From Alphaproteobacteria bacterium (GTDB taxonomy: Bacteria; Pseudomonadota; Alphaproteobacteria; UBA6615): 64,000 nucleotides of DNA. This document shows positions 1-11,004 of the stretch, piece by piece (the first letter of the stretch is position 1; each line of letters opens with the position of its first letter). The stretch spans positions 17,664 to 81,663 of the forward strand of contig CBDHEC010000017.1 of the NCBI GenBank assembly GCA_965261975.1. The letters are read 5' to 3'. Made by a program: the position numbers and the translations under genes. Under the pieces are notes generated by a model. The model was given only the letters and a program-made list of their open reading frames with translations, was not told the origin of the DNA and made no database searches.

Positions 1-1
1 G

Positions 2-109
2 GAATTCGGTCACCCGGTCCTGCAGCTTGACGATGGCGAACTCATCGTCCGCCGCAACATCGCTCCCTCTGCTGCGCCCGCCACGGCCGCAACGACAGAA
101 GCCGTATGA
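2..109 (+). CDS. ftsE: Cell division ATP-binding protein FtsE, C-terminal end (partial)
   Basis: Frame 2 reads EFGHPVLQLDDGELIV...EAV*. The TGA at 107-109 overlaps the ftsX ATG (ATGA). Expected position directly upstream of ftsX. Confidence 0.7.
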   Translation, partial: EFGHPVLQLDDGELIVRRNIAPSAAPATAATTEAV

Positions 110-981
110 TGTTGAGACGCCGCATCGATTTGCCATTCGAGCGCGACCAATCCACCCGGTTTCTGCCCTGGATCGTCGCCCTCATGGTGTTCCTCGGGGC
201 CTTGATGTTTGCCGGTGCGTTGGTGATCTCCGATACCATCGACAGTTGGGACAACAAGTTGACCGGTCGGGTGACCGTCCAGATCCCGCAGGATTCTGCC
301 ACCGACAAGGCCACCGAAACCCTGGTCAAAATGCTTGGCGCCACACCCGGCATCACGGCCGTCCGACCGGTTCCGACCAGCGAAGCACGTGCTCTCCTGG
401 TTCCCTGGCTCGGCGAGGAGGTCGTGAATTCGGGTCTGCCCGTCCCTGCGCTGATCGATGTCGAACTGGCCGCCGACGCCCGCCTCGACCCCAATCTGCT
501 GGCCGCGCGCTTGTCCCAATCGGTCTCCGGCACGACCGTAGATGACCATCGGGTGTGGCTATCCGCCCTCATAAATCTGGGCCGGACCGTTGAAATTCTC
601 GCCTTTGTCATCCTCGCGCTCATTGCGTCGGCCGCCGTCGTCGCGGTGATATTCACGACCCGCAGCGGGCTGGCCGTCCATGCCGCCATTATCGAGTTGC
701 TGCATCAAATGGGCGCCCAGGACACCTACATCGCAGGTCAGTTCCAGATACAGGCGATGAAGCTCTCGCTTCGTGGCGGCATTGCCGGGGCGGCGGCGGC
801 GGCGATCGTTCTGCTGATCTTCGCCTGGGTCGGGCGCGGCATCGATGCTGCCTTCCTGCCACCCGTTACGTTGGCGATTGCCGAATGGGTCGCGCTCCTG
901 ATCGTCCCTGCGGGTGCTGTGGCCATCGCCATGCTCACGGCGCGACTGACCGTCCTGCGCGCACTCGCGCGCATGCCGTAA
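106..981 (+). CDS. ftsX: Cell division permease FtsX
   Basis: 291 aa with an N-terminal TM, periplasmic domain and LVPWLG, LPVPALIDV, VDDH, IIELLHQMGAQDTYIA motifs typical of alphaproteobacterial FtsX. Confidence 0.93.
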   Translation: MMLRRRIDLPFERDQSTRFLPWIVALMVFLGALMFAGALVISDTIDSWDNKLTGRVTVQIPQDSATDKATETLVKMLGATPGITAVRPVPTSEARALLVPWLGEEVVNSGLPVPALIDVELAADARLDPNLLAARLSQSVSGTTVDDHRVWLSALINLGRTVEILAFVILALIASAAVVAVIFTTRSGLAVHAAIIELLHQMGAQDTYIAGQFQIQAMKLSLRGGIAGAAAAAIVLLIFAWVGRGIDAAFLPPVTLAIAEWVALLIVPAGAVAIAMLTARLTVLRALARMP

Positions 982-1597
982 TGGCCCGCAAGCCCCAACG
1001 TCGCTGGCGCCGGGTGCTCATCCCTGCGGGAGGGTTGGCCGTCGCCTGGGTCATTGGCCTGTTCGTGTTCGTCGACCGCATCCCGGCGGTGGCCGAAGCC
1101 ACAGGTCGCGACATCCGTACCGATGCCATTGTTGTGTTGACCGGGGGGCGCGGCCGGGTCGAACAGGGCACCGCGCTGCTGGCGCGCACGGCGGCACAGA
1201 AAATGCTGATCTCCGGTGTCGCGCCGAACGTCACGCCGCGCGACGTCATACCTGCATCCCGGCTCGGATCCACCATCCTGGAATGCTGCGTGACCTTCGG
1301 CCGCGCGGCGCGCAACACGCGCGAGAATGCGGTGGAGACGGCCGGTTGGGTGGCCGCGAATGAAATTACCAGCCTGCGCCTCGTCACGGCCGACTTTCAC
1401 ATGCCGCGCAGCCTGCTGGAATTTCATTCGCGCTTGCCCGACGTGATGATCGTGCCCGATCCGGTCAGATCGGAGAATGTCCGCCTGTCGCGTTGGTGGC
1501 TCTGGCCCGGCACGGCGGCTCTCCTGGCCGGGAGTACAACAAATACCTGGCCGCGCGTGCGCGCGTGTTCGTGGCCCAGTTCGCGGACGGGAGATAA
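981..1597 (+). CDS. YdcF/DUF218 family protein (one-base frameshift near 1531)
   Basis: MARKP start at 981; DAIVVLTGG, NTRENA and LVTADFHMPRS motifs. The conserved end EYNKYLAAR appears if one G is added to the G-run at ~1530-1532, giving a TAA stop at 1595-1597. Confidence 0.85.
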
Positions 1598-1602
1598 CCC
1601 GG

Positions 1603-2360
1603 ATGCGCGCGGTTCTCTTCACCATCCTTTTCTATGGATGGACCGTCATTGCCGGCCTTCTCGTGTTGCCGCTTCTACTCGGCCCGCCGCGGCCACTTAT
1701 GGCCTATAGCCGGTTCTGGATCCGCGTTGTGCTCTGGCTGTTGAGGAACACCGTGGGCCTGTCGCATCGGGTCGTCGGACGCGAACACATCCCCCCCGGG
1801 CCGGCGCTGTTCGCCGTCAAGCATCAATCGGCCTGGGACACCCTGGCCATTAACCTGATCGTCCGCGATCCGGCCATTGTGCTGAAACGCGAGCTCACCT
1901 GGATTCCGCTCTTCGGCTGGTGCCTCATCCGCACACGCCAGATCGCCATCGACCGGGCCGGCGGCATGTCGGCTTTGCGCGGCATGGTCAAAGCCGCGCG
2001 CGCGGCACTCTCCGAGGGGCGCCCGATCGTCATCTACCCCGAAGGAACCAGGGTCGCTCCGGGCGTGAAACAGCCCTATCACGCCGGAATATCGGCCCTC
2101 CACGGCGCCCTCGATGTTCCCGTTGTTCCGGTGGCCCTGAACTCCGGCGTGTTTTGGCCTCGACGATCGCTCAAACTGCGTCCCGGGGTCATCACGATCG
2201 AGTTCCTGCCCCCTTGCCCGCCGATATCCCGCGGCGCGAATTCATCGAAACGCTTGAAACGGCGATAGAAGATGCCTCGGATCGGTTGTACCGGGAAACC
2301 AATGTGACAACCGCCCGACCGAACGGCCGAGAGGCTGTGGATAAAGTTGTGGAAGATTGA
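1603..2360 (+). CDS. plsC: 1-acyl-sn-glycerol-3-phosphate acyltransferase (frameshift in C-run near 2210)
   Basis: KHQSAWDT, YPEGTR and VVPVALNSG acyltransferase motifs. C-terminus LPADIPRREFIETLETAIEDASDRL continues in another frame to 2360. Confidence 0.88.
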
Positions 2361-2635
2361 CAGTCCGCCGCGGCGCCAAGCGAACGGGTAATTGGCGGCG
2401 AGTAATAATTACACATTGCGAGAACCGCTGGGCGTTGTTGCATCAATATTCTCTGTTTATTTCAGTTATCTTTCACGACTGCCGCAATAGCACGCTCACT
2501 TTCCCTTTCGGCCTGTTGCAAAATCCAGGCGAAAACCGTCATTTCCGCTTTGGCAGCATCGCGGAATGCTGGCGCACAACCTCTCAGCGCTTCCCGGAAG
2601 CATCCGGCCCATCGCAATTAACGTTCTGTGGATAA
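2336..2635. promoter_or_regulatory. DnaA-box cluster flanking an AT-rich intergenic segment
   Basis: Perfect TGTGGATAA (rc TTATCCACA) at 2336-2344 and 2627-2635, degenerate TGTGGAAGA at 2348-2356, and an AT-rich tract at ~2400-2475. Confidence 0.55.
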
Positions 2636-2701
2636 ACCATCGCCGGGTATGCCGTGTGCGGCAGAACCAATTGCAATGGTTCGGATATTAGCAAATACGA
2701 G

Positions 2702-3378
2702 TTATACCGACCCGGCGGGCGTGTGACGGGCCGCCCGCTTATGCAGACGACGCAGGGGGCGATCGGCGATCCCAAGTTCGTCGAGATGGCTCACCGTGTT
2801 GCTCAGATATTCCGTATTCGGCCCGCTTCGGCCATGTCCCTGCAATATCAGTCGTAACGCCTCGTCCTCGGACAATCGCCCGGCATACTGAACATGATTA
2901 TGCGCCGCGGTGTAGTGTGGGCCCTGACCGTCTTGCTGCCGATCCGGGCCGTCACCCAGCGCGGCATGTAGACCCGCGTCACCATTTCGCGGCGAATCAG
3001 GTATTCGACGGCGCCCTCCGCATCCGCAGCCGCAACGCGATAGGCCACGCCGGTACAGCTGCCGCCATTGTCGAGCCCCAGCACCAGACCGGGCTGTTCT
3101 CGGGTCCCACGATAGACGTGGGAATAGACGCAGAAAGAGCGGTGATAGCCATGCACCTGCGCGCGCGCCCGGTCGATGAAAGGAAAATCAGGGCGCCACA
3201 TCAAGGAGCCATAGCCGAAGATCCACAAATCCTCGCCCGGCGGATGGGTTTCCATGACCGCCCGCAACGTCCAGTCCAGTTCGTCTTCGGTCAGCTCATA
3301 CTGATCGGTCAGATGCGTGAGATCGGGCTGTTCTTTCAACATCGTCATGGCGTCAGGATCGGTTCCGTTGCTGGTCAT
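2702..3378 (-). CDS. chaC: ChaC-family gamma-glutamylcyclotransferase (frameshift near 2914)
   Basis: LWIFGYGSLMWRP and YRGTREQPGLVLGL motifs. C-terminus HVQYAGRL...GRSGPNTEYLSNTVSHLDELGI continues in a shifted frame to TAA at 2702-2704. Confidence 0.88.
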
Positions 3379-3463
3379 GGGTATGAAATCACGCAGCGCA
3401 TCTCGACGCCGCTGCGAACCCCGACTAGGTTGATCGGCAAGCTTCTTAGGCAACTGGCTTCAT

Positions 3464-4537
3464 ATGATCCAGCGAAAGTATTTGATTCCCGTCGGCGTGA
3501 TCACCCTGCTGGTGACCATCTGGACAATTGGATGGTTCTGGTTCGCCCGGGAAATCCAGACCGGCATGCAGGAATTCGCGGCCCAACACAACGGTACGCC
3601 GGCCCGTATTTCCTGGGACGGGGTGCGAATCTCGGGCTATCCGAACCGGCTGAACACCCATATCGCACAACCCCGCGGCAGCTGGTCGGGCCCGGACGGT
3701 GATATCAGCTGGGCGGGCGCGGACGCGATTCTGGGATTCTTCAAGGATGGCGGGCGCACGGTATCCTTCCGGGCCCCGGGCGCACATGATTTCACGCTGC
3801 GCGCCGACGGCACGGAAAGATCGATGTCCGCCCTCACTCAGGGGTTTCGCGGCCGATTGGATTTCGATGGCAACGGTCAGGCAACGGGACTGCGCGGGCT
3901 GGCGACCGGCCTTGATATAAAGATTGATGACAATCCGACAACGCGCCTCGACCGCGCCGCGTTCGACTGGTCCCAAACGGGCACGCGCGGCAACGCTTCC
4001 GCAGACGAAGTTCATCCTGATTCCATCGGCCAATCCCTGACATTCTCCTTGTCGGGCGTGTCTCTGGCCTCGGCCAAACTTGATCCGAACCTCGTGGATA
4101 TGCTCGGCCGTGATCTCGATCAGCTGGCGGGGCAGTTTTCTGTCCGCGGCCGGCTCAACCCGACTGACTTGTCGCCCGATGGGCTGACACGCTGGCGCGA
4201 CGCGGGTGGAACCCTCGAACTCACGGATTTTTCGCTGGCCTGGGGACCGCTACAGATCGCCGGTGACGGAACGCTCGCCGTCGATGACGCCCTGCAGCCC
4301 GTCGGTGCTTTCACGGCACAGATCGCCGGCCTGGACCGGGTGGTCAGTCTGCTCGAGAAAACCGGGCAGATGCGTCCGCAACAGGCTGCGATTGCGCGGA
4401 TCGCGTTGGCGGTGCTGACCCGTGCGCCTGCAAATGGCGGGGCGCCGCAAGCCCGGGTCCCGGTTTCAATCCAGGACCGGCAGCTATCGATCGGCCCGAT
4501 CCCGCTTCTGCGGCTGCCAACCGTTCACTGGGACTAG
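3464..4537 (+). CDS. DUF2125 domain protein
   Basis: N-terminal TM with W-rich WTIGWFW, ISGYP, WRDAGGTLEL and C-terminal GPIPL. Sits between chaC and tyrC, as is typical in alphaproteobacteria. Confidence 0.8.
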   Translation: MIQRKYLIPVGVITLLVTIWTIGWFWFAREIQTGMQEFAAQHNGTPARISWDGVRISGYPNRLNTHIAQPRGSWSGPDGDISWAGADAILGFFKDGGRTVSFRAPGAHDFTLRADGTERSMSALTQGFRGRLDFDGNGQATGLRGLATGLDIKIDDNPTTRLDRAAFDWSQTGTRGNASADEVHPDSIGQSLTFSLSGVSLASAKLDPNLVDMLGRDLDQLAGQFSVRGRLNPTDLSPDGLTRWRDAGGTLELTDFSLAWGPLQIAGDGTLAVDDALQPVGAFTAQIAGLDRVVSLLEKTGQMRPQQAAIARIALAVLTRAPANGGAPQARVPVSIQDRQLSIGPIPLLRLPTVHWD

Positions 4538-4538
4538 A

Positions 4539-5504
4539 TCAGCCGTCTTCGGACGGCTTGCCGTTCTCGGTGTATTGGAACCGCCCGGCCTGGCGCGCCT
4601 CGATAACACCCCGGCGAATATCGCGCGTGCGGGTGAACAGCTCGAACAGGGCGTCGCCATCATCCTTGCGGATCGCACGCTGCAGGGCCGTCAAATCTTC
4701 GGTAAACCGGCCGAGCATCTCGAGCACCGCATCCTTGTTGAGCAGGAAGACGTCGCGCCACATGACAGGATCGGAAGCCGCGATCCGCGTGAAATCACGG
4801 AACCCGCCGGCCGAGTATTTGATCACCTCACGGGTGGTCACCACCTCGTCGTCTTGCGGCTTTGCTTCCAGTTCTTTCTCGAGGTCCGCGGCGGTGGCAA
4901 CGATGGTGAAAGCAATCAGATGCGGCAGATGACTGGTGATCGCCAGCACGCGGTCATGATGCTCGGCATCCATGACCTCGACATCCGCCCCCATTCCCTG
5001 CCAGAGCCGCGACAGTCGCTCAACCGCGTCGGCATCGGCGTTGGGCGGCGGGGTTAAAATCGAGAACCGGTTCTGGAACAGCTCGGCGAAACCGGATTCC
5101 GGCCCGGAATGCTCCGTACCCGCAACGGGATGCCCCGGCACCAGGTGCACATTGTCAGGAATATGCGGTGCCATTGCCTTGATGACCGAGCCCTTGACCG
5201 ACCCCACATCGGTGACGATTGCTCCCGGCTTCAGATGCCCCGCCATCGCCGCCGCGACGGCGCCGACGGCACCCACCGGCGTCGCGACGATGATCAGGTC
5301 CGCATCGTCCACGGCGGCGGCAATGTCGGCATGCATGCTGTCGACAATATCGAGTGCATCGGCGCGCGCGCGCACGTCCGCATCGGCATCGTGACAGGCG
5401 ACATGTGCCGCCAGCCCGTTCGCCCGGATCGCATGGGCCAGGGACGAGCCGATCAGGCCGATCCCGATGATGGCCACCCGGTCAAATATCCGTGTATCGC
5501 TCAT
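4539..5504 (-). CDS. tyrC: Cyclohexadienyl (prephenate/arogenate) dehydrogenase
   Basis: GIGLIGSS Rossmann motif, TDVGSVK, GHPVAGTEHSG, HDRVLAITSHLPH and GFRDFTRIAASDP. Confidence 0.93.
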   Translation of the reverse strand: MSDTRIFDRVAIIGIGLIGSSLAHAIRANGLAAHVACHDADADVRARADALDIVDSMHADIAAAVDDADLIIVATPVGAVGAVAAAMAGHLKPGAIVTDVGSVKGSVIKAMAPHIPDNVHLVPGHPVAGTEHSGPESGFAELFQNRFSILTPPPNADADAVERLSRLWQGMGADVEVMDAEHHDRVLAITSHLPHLIAFTIVATAADLEKELEAKPQDDEVVTTREVIKYSAGGFRDFTRIAASDPVMWRDVFLLNKDAVLEMLGRFTEDLTALQRAIRKDDGDALFELFTRTRDIRRGVIEARQAGRFQYTENGKPSEDG

Positions 5505-6592
5505 GCGCCCTCAACAAACGCGCGCAGCGCTTCCAGGACATCGCGCATCTCGTCGCGCGTGCCGATTGACATGCGCACCCAGTCGGGCAGGCCATAGCCG
5601 GCCACGCGGCGAGTCACGATCCCGCGGTCGAATAAAAACCGGTAGGCCGCCTCGGCGTTCCGGTCGCCATCGGGATCGAAACGGACGATCACGAAGTTGC
5701 CCACCGACGGATTGACCGTGAGACCGAGCGCCTCGACCTCTGCCGTGAACCAGGGCAAGAGCTCGGCGTTGAGATCGCGCGAGCGCGCGGTGTGTTCGAC
5801 ATCGTCAAGCGCCGCGATACCCGCCGCAATCGCCGGCGCGGACACGTTGAACGGCGGTCGCACGCGGTCGAGAATCTCGATGATCTCGGCGGGGCCATAG
5901 GCCCAGCCGATGCGCAGGCTCGCGAGCGCATAAATCTTCGAGAACGTCCGCGTCATCACCACATTCGACGCCTCACGCACCAGCGCGATGCCCGGGTCAT
6001 AGTCCGGCTCCGTCACATATTCAGCGTAGGCTGCGTCGAGGACCAGCAGCACATCTTCCGGCAGGCCCGCATGCAAACGGCGCAACGCATCGTCGCCGAG
6101 ATAGCTGCCGGTCGGATTGTTCGGGTTGGCGAGGAACACGATCTTGGTACGTTCATTCACCCGGTCCAGGATCGCATCCACGTCAGCCGTCAGATCGGTT
6201 TCGGGTGCCGCCACGGGTGTCGCACCGACCCCACGCGTGGCGATCGGATACATGGTGAAACCATGTTCGCTGTAGATGGTCTCGTCGCCGGGCCCGGCAT
6301 AGGCCAGCGCGAGCAAGTCGATAAGTTGGTCCGAGCCGCAGCCGCAGATGATGCGCTCGACCTCAAGCCCATGATGCGCGGCGAGCGCCAGCCGCAGGCT
6401 CCGCGCATCGATCTCGGGATAGCGGTGCATCTCCTCGCTGGACGCAGAATATGCCTCCATCGCACGCCAAGATGGCCCAAACGCGCTTTCGTTCGAGCTG
6501 ATGACTATGCGGTCCGCGCCGCCTGATCCGACCTCGCTACCGGCGTAGGGCGTAATCTGGAGCACGCCGGGTTTGGCTTTTGGCGGTGCCAC
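5501..6592 (-). CDS. hisC: Histidinol-phosphate aminotransferase
   Basis: SSNES, RYP, ANPNNPTG, LDAAYAEY and RTFSKIYALASLRIGW (PLP lysine) motifs. Confidence 0.95.
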   Translation of the reverse strand: MAPPKAKPGVLQITPYAGSEVGSGGADRIVISSNESAFGPSWRAMEAYSASSEEMHRYPEIDARSLRLALAAHHGLEVERIICGCGSDQLIDLLALAYAGPGDETIYSEHGFTMYPIATRGVGATPVAAPETDLTADVDAILDRVNERTKIVFLANPNNPTGSYLGDDALRRLHAGLPEDVLLVLDAAYAEYVTEPDYDPGIALVREASNVVMTRTFSKIYALASLRIGWAYGPAEIIEILDRVRPPFNVSAPAIAAGIAALDDVEHTARSRDLNAELLPWFTAEVEALGLTVNPSVGNFVIVRFDPDGDRNAEAAYRFLFDRGIVTRRVAGYGLPDWVRMSIGTRDEMRDVLEALRAFVEGA

Positions 6593-7465
6593 CTATTTAT
6601 CTCCTGTTGTGCTGTCGGGCACGTACGGTCGGGCAAACGCGCCCAGCAAACGGACATTCGAGGCCTCCAGCATCATGGCAACGGCCTGGATGCGATCGTC
6701 GTCGGCGTCGATGAAGCCGTCCAGTTCGACGATATGGATACGCGCGTCAGCCGCGTGGGGATCGTCGGTGACGGCCTGGGCCGCGACCGTTAGGCCGCTC
6801 TCGGCGCATGCATCGCCCACCCGCGCACGGCTTGCCGGCTTGGAGCAGGTGAACATCAACAGGCTGCGGTCATCACCGGATTCCTCCGGCACGCCACGGG
6901 CCAGGACTAGTGCGCCAACGGAAGCCCCACCGGCCGCATCCGCCACGTCGTCAAACCAGGGCAGGCGCGCGACCACATACACATCCGACGCGTCGCGAAT
7001 ATCGCCCCACCAACCCGGCGCATCCGCAGCTTCGGGCAGCGGCACCAGACCGACCGAAATCTCGCCACGATGGACAGCGGAGACAACGTGGGATGCCGAT
7101 TCGAAACGCTGCGTGGACGTGTCCAGACCGAAATGTCCGTTCGCAAGGCGCAGCGCGGAACCATGTCCTTCGATCGGGCAATAACCAACAGTCAGCCGCC
7201 CCTGGATCCGGATCGACGCGGCAATGATTTCGCGCCAGAGACGGACGATGGAGGCGTGAGACAAATCACCCCGATGGCGCGTCAGCAACCGGTGCAGCAG
7301 TTGGGCCTCACGTGCCGGGCGAAACGTGACCTGACCATCAACAGCCTTGCGACGGCCGATCTCAGACACGACTTCACCACGCCGCATCAGCAGATCATGC
7401 AGCTGCTCATCGATCGAATCGATCTCGCGGCGCAACGCCGCCAGGTCGTCTGGCGCGGGGCTCAT
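6593..7465 (-). CDS. Chorismate mutase (AroQ domain with C-terminal extension)
   Basis: LAALRREIDSIDEQLHDLL, RPAREA and IVRLWREII motifs. Start taken at MSPAP (7465). Confidence 0.85.
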   Translation of the reverse strand: MSPAPDDLAALRREIDSIDEQLHDLLMRRGEVVSEIGRRKAVDGQVTFRPAREAQLLHRLLTRHRGDLSHASIVRLWREIIAASIRIQGRLTVGYCPIEGHGSALRLANGHFGLDTSTQRFESASHVVSAVHRGEISVGLVPLPEAADAPGWWGDIRDASDVYVVARLPWFDDVADAAGGASVGALVLARGVPEESGDDRSLLMFTCSKPASRARVGDACAESGLTVAAQAVTDDPHAADARIHIVELDGFIDADDDRIQAVAMMLEASNVRLLGAFARPYVPDSTTGDK

Positions 7466-7622
7466 TGGCTCACTCTTCCGGGAAATTAGCGGCCAAATAT
7501 GTATCGCTCCCTCGGGAATTTGGCAAAGAAAACGTTGACACCCCTCCATGGCCCCACATAGCTATGCCCCCGTTGCGGTTGCGTTTTGCCCCGCAACACT
7601 GGCTTCAAATCACGCTCAGACG

Positions 7623-8834
7623 ATGACAAAGCACGAACCAGACGGCGCGCAGAGCGCCGGCGAGGCAATCGCAGTTGAACCGGCGGTCACCGACCTTCCG
7701 GGCCATCAACTTGTGCTGGGCGCCGATGAACCCCTGCGGCTCGCGTCGGGCCAGATGCTGGGGCCGTTTACGGTCGCCTACCAGACCTACGGAACACTCA
7801 ACGACGACAAGTCGAATGCAATACTGGTCTGCCATGCCCTGACCGGCGACCAGTATGTTGCCGAAACCCATCCCGTGACCGGCAAGGACGGCTGGTGGGG
7901 GAGCATCGTCGGCCCGGGACGCACGATCGACACCGACAGCTATTTTGTCATCTGCATCAATGTTCTTGGCGGGTGCATGGGAACCGCGGGGCCCAAAGAC
8001 ATCGACCCGCGAACTGGGGGTCCGTTCGGGCTTAATTTCCCCGTTATCACCATCGCCGACATGGTCGCGGCCCAGAAGCGCGTTATCGAGCATCTGGGCA
8101 TCACCAGGCTATTCGCCGTCATCGGCGGGTCCATGGGCGCCATGCAGGCGCTAGAATGGGCGTCGCGCTATCCGGAAATGGTATTCTGCGCGATCCCGAT
8201 TGCCGGGGCGGCGCGGCACTCGGCTCAGAACATCGCGTTCCACGAAGTCGGCCGCCAGGCGATCATGGCGGACCCGAACTGGTGCGGTGGCGCTTACTAT
8301 GGCCAGGATGTCGATCCGGAACGCGGGCTCGCTGTCGCGCGCATGGCCGCGCACATCACCTATCTTTCCGATTCCGCATTGCATCGAAAGTTCGGGCGCA
8401 ACCTGCAGGATCGGCAGGAGATCACATTCGGTTTCGATGCGGACTTTCAGATCGAGAGCTATTTGCGCCACCAAGGTCGCTCCTTCGTCGAGCGGTTTGA
8501 CGCGAATTCCTATCTCTACATCACCCGCGCGATGGATTATTTCGACCTCGCCGCCGAACATAACGGACTTTTGCCGGCCGCCTTCGAGGGATCACCGGTC
8601 CGGTTCTGCCTGGTCAGCTTCACATCCGACTGGCTGTTCCCGACCGCAGAATCCCGGCAAATCGTCCATGCCCTGAATGCCGTGGCCGCGTCGGTCAGTT
8701 TTGTCGAAATCGAAACGGATTCAGGACACGACGCCTTCCTTCTCGAGGAGCCGGAGTTCTTTCGAATCCTGTCCGGTTTCCTGCGGGGTGCCGCAGACCA
8801 GCGCGCGCGGAAAGCAACCGGGGCGAACGCATGA
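7623..8834 (+). CDS. metX: Homoserine O-acetyltransferase
   Basis: CHALTGD, GWW, GGSMG nucleophile elbow, DANSY and GHDAFL motifs. Confidence 0.95.
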   Translation: MTKHEPDGAQSAGEAIAVEPAVTDLPGHQLVLGADEPLRLASGQMLGPFTVAYQTYGTLNDDKSNAILVCHALTGDQYVAETHPVTGKDGWWGSIVGPGRTIDTDSYFVICINVLGGCMGTAGPKDIDPRTGGPFGLNFPVITIADMVAAQKRVIEHLGITRLFAVIGGSMGAMQALEWASRYPEMVFCAIPIAGAARHSAQNIAFHEVGRQAIMADPNWCGGAYYGQDVDPERGLAVARMAAHITYLSDSALHRKFGRNLQDRQEITFGFDADFQIESYLRHQGRSFVERFDANSYLYITRAMDYFDLAAEHNGLLPAAFEGSPVRFCLVSFTSDWLFPTAESRQIVHALNAVAASVSFVEIETDSGHDAFLLEEPEFFRILSGFLRGAADQRARKATGANA

Positions 8835-9463
8835 ACAGGCAAGATACAACCGGCGCGGCCCGCATCCGCGTCGACCAGAAACTGATCGCCGATATGGTGA
8901 CCCCCGGCAGCCGGCTGATCGACGTCGGTTGCGGTGATGGCGTGCTGCTGGACCTGCTGGTCCAGGAACGCCAGGTCGACGGACGCGGCATTGAGCTCAG
9001 CCAGGAGGGGGTGAACACATGTGTCGCGCGCGGGCTGGCTGTGGTGCAGGGCGATGCCGAAACCGACCTACACAATTATCCCGACGACGCATTCGATTTC
9101 GCCCTCTTGTCGCAAACACTGCCGGCGATCTTCGATGTAAAGGGCGTGTTGCACGAATTGCTGCGCATCGGCCGCTGTGCCGTGGTCAGTTTTCCCAATT
9201 TTGGCTACTGGCGAGTCCGCACCGATTTGCTGTTCCGCGGTCGCAGCCCCGTCTCGGACAACTTGCCCAACGCCTGGTACGAGTCACCGAACATTCGGTT
9301 CTTTACCCTGACGGATTTCATGGACCTTCTGGCCGAACTTGATCTCACCGCTCAGCAAATCATTACGATCGATCGGCGCGGCAAGGCACGATCTCACAGC
9401 GAGATCGGCCATTGGACTAATCTTCTGACGGAGCAGGCGATCTTTCTAATCGGCCGGAACTAA
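8831..9463 (+). CDS. metW: Methionine biosynthesis protein MetW
   Basis: DVGCGDG SAM motif, VSFPNFGYW and WYESPNI. ATGA overlap with metX. Confidence 0.92.
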   Translation: MNRQDTTGAARIRVDQKLIADMVTPGSRLIDVGCGDGVLLDLLVQERQVDGRGIELSQEGVNTCVARGLAVVQGDAETDLHNYPDDAFDFALLSQTLPAIFDVKGVLHELLRIGRCAVVSFPNFGYWRVRTDLLFRGRSPVSDNLPNAWYESPNIRFFTLTDFMDLLAELDLTAQQIITIDRRGKARSHSEIGHWTNLLTEQAIFLIGRN

Positions 9464-10223
9464 TGAACCGCCGAGACGCCTTTGCGGGCGCCATCGCCGT
9501 CCCGCCCGCCGGCAATGCGACATAAGACCGACGGCGCACTTTCTCGCCCACACTGGCGCCGCCATAGATTTGTTTCGTCGCCTCGACAATCGTCACCCCG
9601 CCAACGGGATTGAGCCAGCGCAGCCCCATGCGCTCCCAGGCCGACGCCGCCGAGAGCCAGAACCGGCGACGCGACGGCGGGAAAAACAGCGCGCGTGAAC
9701 TGCGAACCGGCGTGAACATCGATTGGCGCAAGGCCTTGTTGAGCTGCTCTGTCGAGAACGGATACCCATGTCCGAACGGAGTGTGATCCGCGCGTGCCCA
9801 GATCGAACGGCGGTTCGGCACGACCACCAGCAGGCGGCCTCCTTCGGCAAGAACCCGCCACATCTCCCGAAGCATCAAATGGGCGTTCTCGCTGTATTCC
9901 AGCCCGTGCACCACGAGGATCCGGTCGACGGAAAGATCGGGCAGCGGAATCTCATCCTCGTGGGCGACAAGCGCCAAATTGCGTTCCTCGGTAATCCGCT
10001 CGGGCCAGGCCAGAACCCCCATACGTGTCGGCATCACCGCTGCCACACGCTCGGCTTCTTCCACGAACGGGGTCAGGTAAGGGGTCGCGTAGCCAAACCC
10101 CAACACCCGCATGCCGCGCAGATCCGGCCACAACGTGCGCAGCTGTCGCCGGATCATACGGCGTGCGATGGACCCCAGGCTGGACGCATAAAAATCGCGC
10201 AAATCGACGACATCGAGAATCAT
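9417..10223 (-). CDS. Class I SAM-dependent methyltransferase (type 11, YafS-like)
   Basis: DVVDLRDFY..LG, GFGYATPYL, VHGLE, VPNRRSIWAR and TPFGHG motifs. The 3' end overlaps metW. Confidence 0.85.
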   Translation of the reverse strand: MILDVVDLRDFYASSLGSIARRMIRRQLRTLWPDLRGMRVLGFGYATPYLTPFVEEAERVAAVMPTRMGVLAWPERITEERNLALVAHEDEIPLPDLSVDRILVVHGLEYSENAHLMLREMWRVLAEGGRLLVVVPNRRSIWARADHTPFGHGYPFSTEQLNKALRQSMFTPVRSSRALFFPPSRRRFWLSAASAWERMGLRWLNPVGGVTIVEATKQIYGGASVGEKVRRRSYVALPAGGTAMAPAKASRRFISSGRLERSPAPSED

Positions 10224-10375
10224 GGCCGGACGTTAACACAGGAGGCCAAAACGAGAGCTGCAACCGGGGTGCGCGCGCGATTTCGTTCACCCAACCGCGC
10301 GTGTAAGCTGTTTCTCATACCCATGAAACAACGCCACATGAACGGTATTCCCAATGCCGACCCAACGAGGACGAT

Positions 10376-10978
10376 ATGAAACTCATTTACTCCGCCGCCT
10401 CTCCCTATGCACGCAAGGCCCGAGTAGCCGCGATTGAAGCCGGGGTCACCGACAAGCTCGAACTCGAGGAAATTCTCCCCTGGGAAGACCCGGACGGGTA
10501 CCGGGACATCAACCCTGTCGGCAAGGTACCCGCGCTGGTCCGCGACGACGGTCCGCCGCTCTATCAGTCGACCCTCGTTTGCGAATATCTCGATTCCCAG
10601 GGCACGAACAAAATCTATCCCGATCCCGGCCCCGCGCGCTGGACGGCACTACGCCAGATCGCCGCCGCCGACGGCATACTTGATGCGTCGGTCGGCGTGC
10701 GAATGGAAGGCATGTTCCACGAGGGTGACGCAGTCTCCAGCAAGTTCGTCGAACGGCAGGAACTCTCGGTCAATGCCGCCCTGGACCAACTCGAGGCGGA
10801 AGCCGACGACCTGGCCGGACCGGTCACCATCGGACAAGTAGCGGTGGCCTGCGCGCTGGGCTATCGGGATTTCAGGTTCGCCGAAATAGACTGGCGCACC
10901 AGCCGACCCAACCTGGCAAGCTGGTTTGCGACCTTTGCGGAACGCCCCTCCATGATCGAGACCGACCCCGAAGCCTGA
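10376..10978 (+). CDS. Glutathione S-transferase family protein
   Basis: SPYARK, NPVGKVPAL and ACALGYRDFRF motifs. Confidence 0.9.
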   Translation: MKLIYSAASPYARKARVAAIEAGVTDKLELEEILPWEDPDGYRDINPVGKVPALVRDDGPPLYQSTLVCEYLDSQGTNKIYPDPGPARWTALRQIAAADGILDASVGVRMEGMFHEGDAVSSKFVERQELSVNAALDQLEAEADDLAGPVTIGQVAVACALGYRDFRFAEIDWRTSRPNLASWFATFAERPSMIETDPEA

Positions 10979-11004
10979 CGGGCCCGAGTTCCCGTCGTCC
11001 GCGT

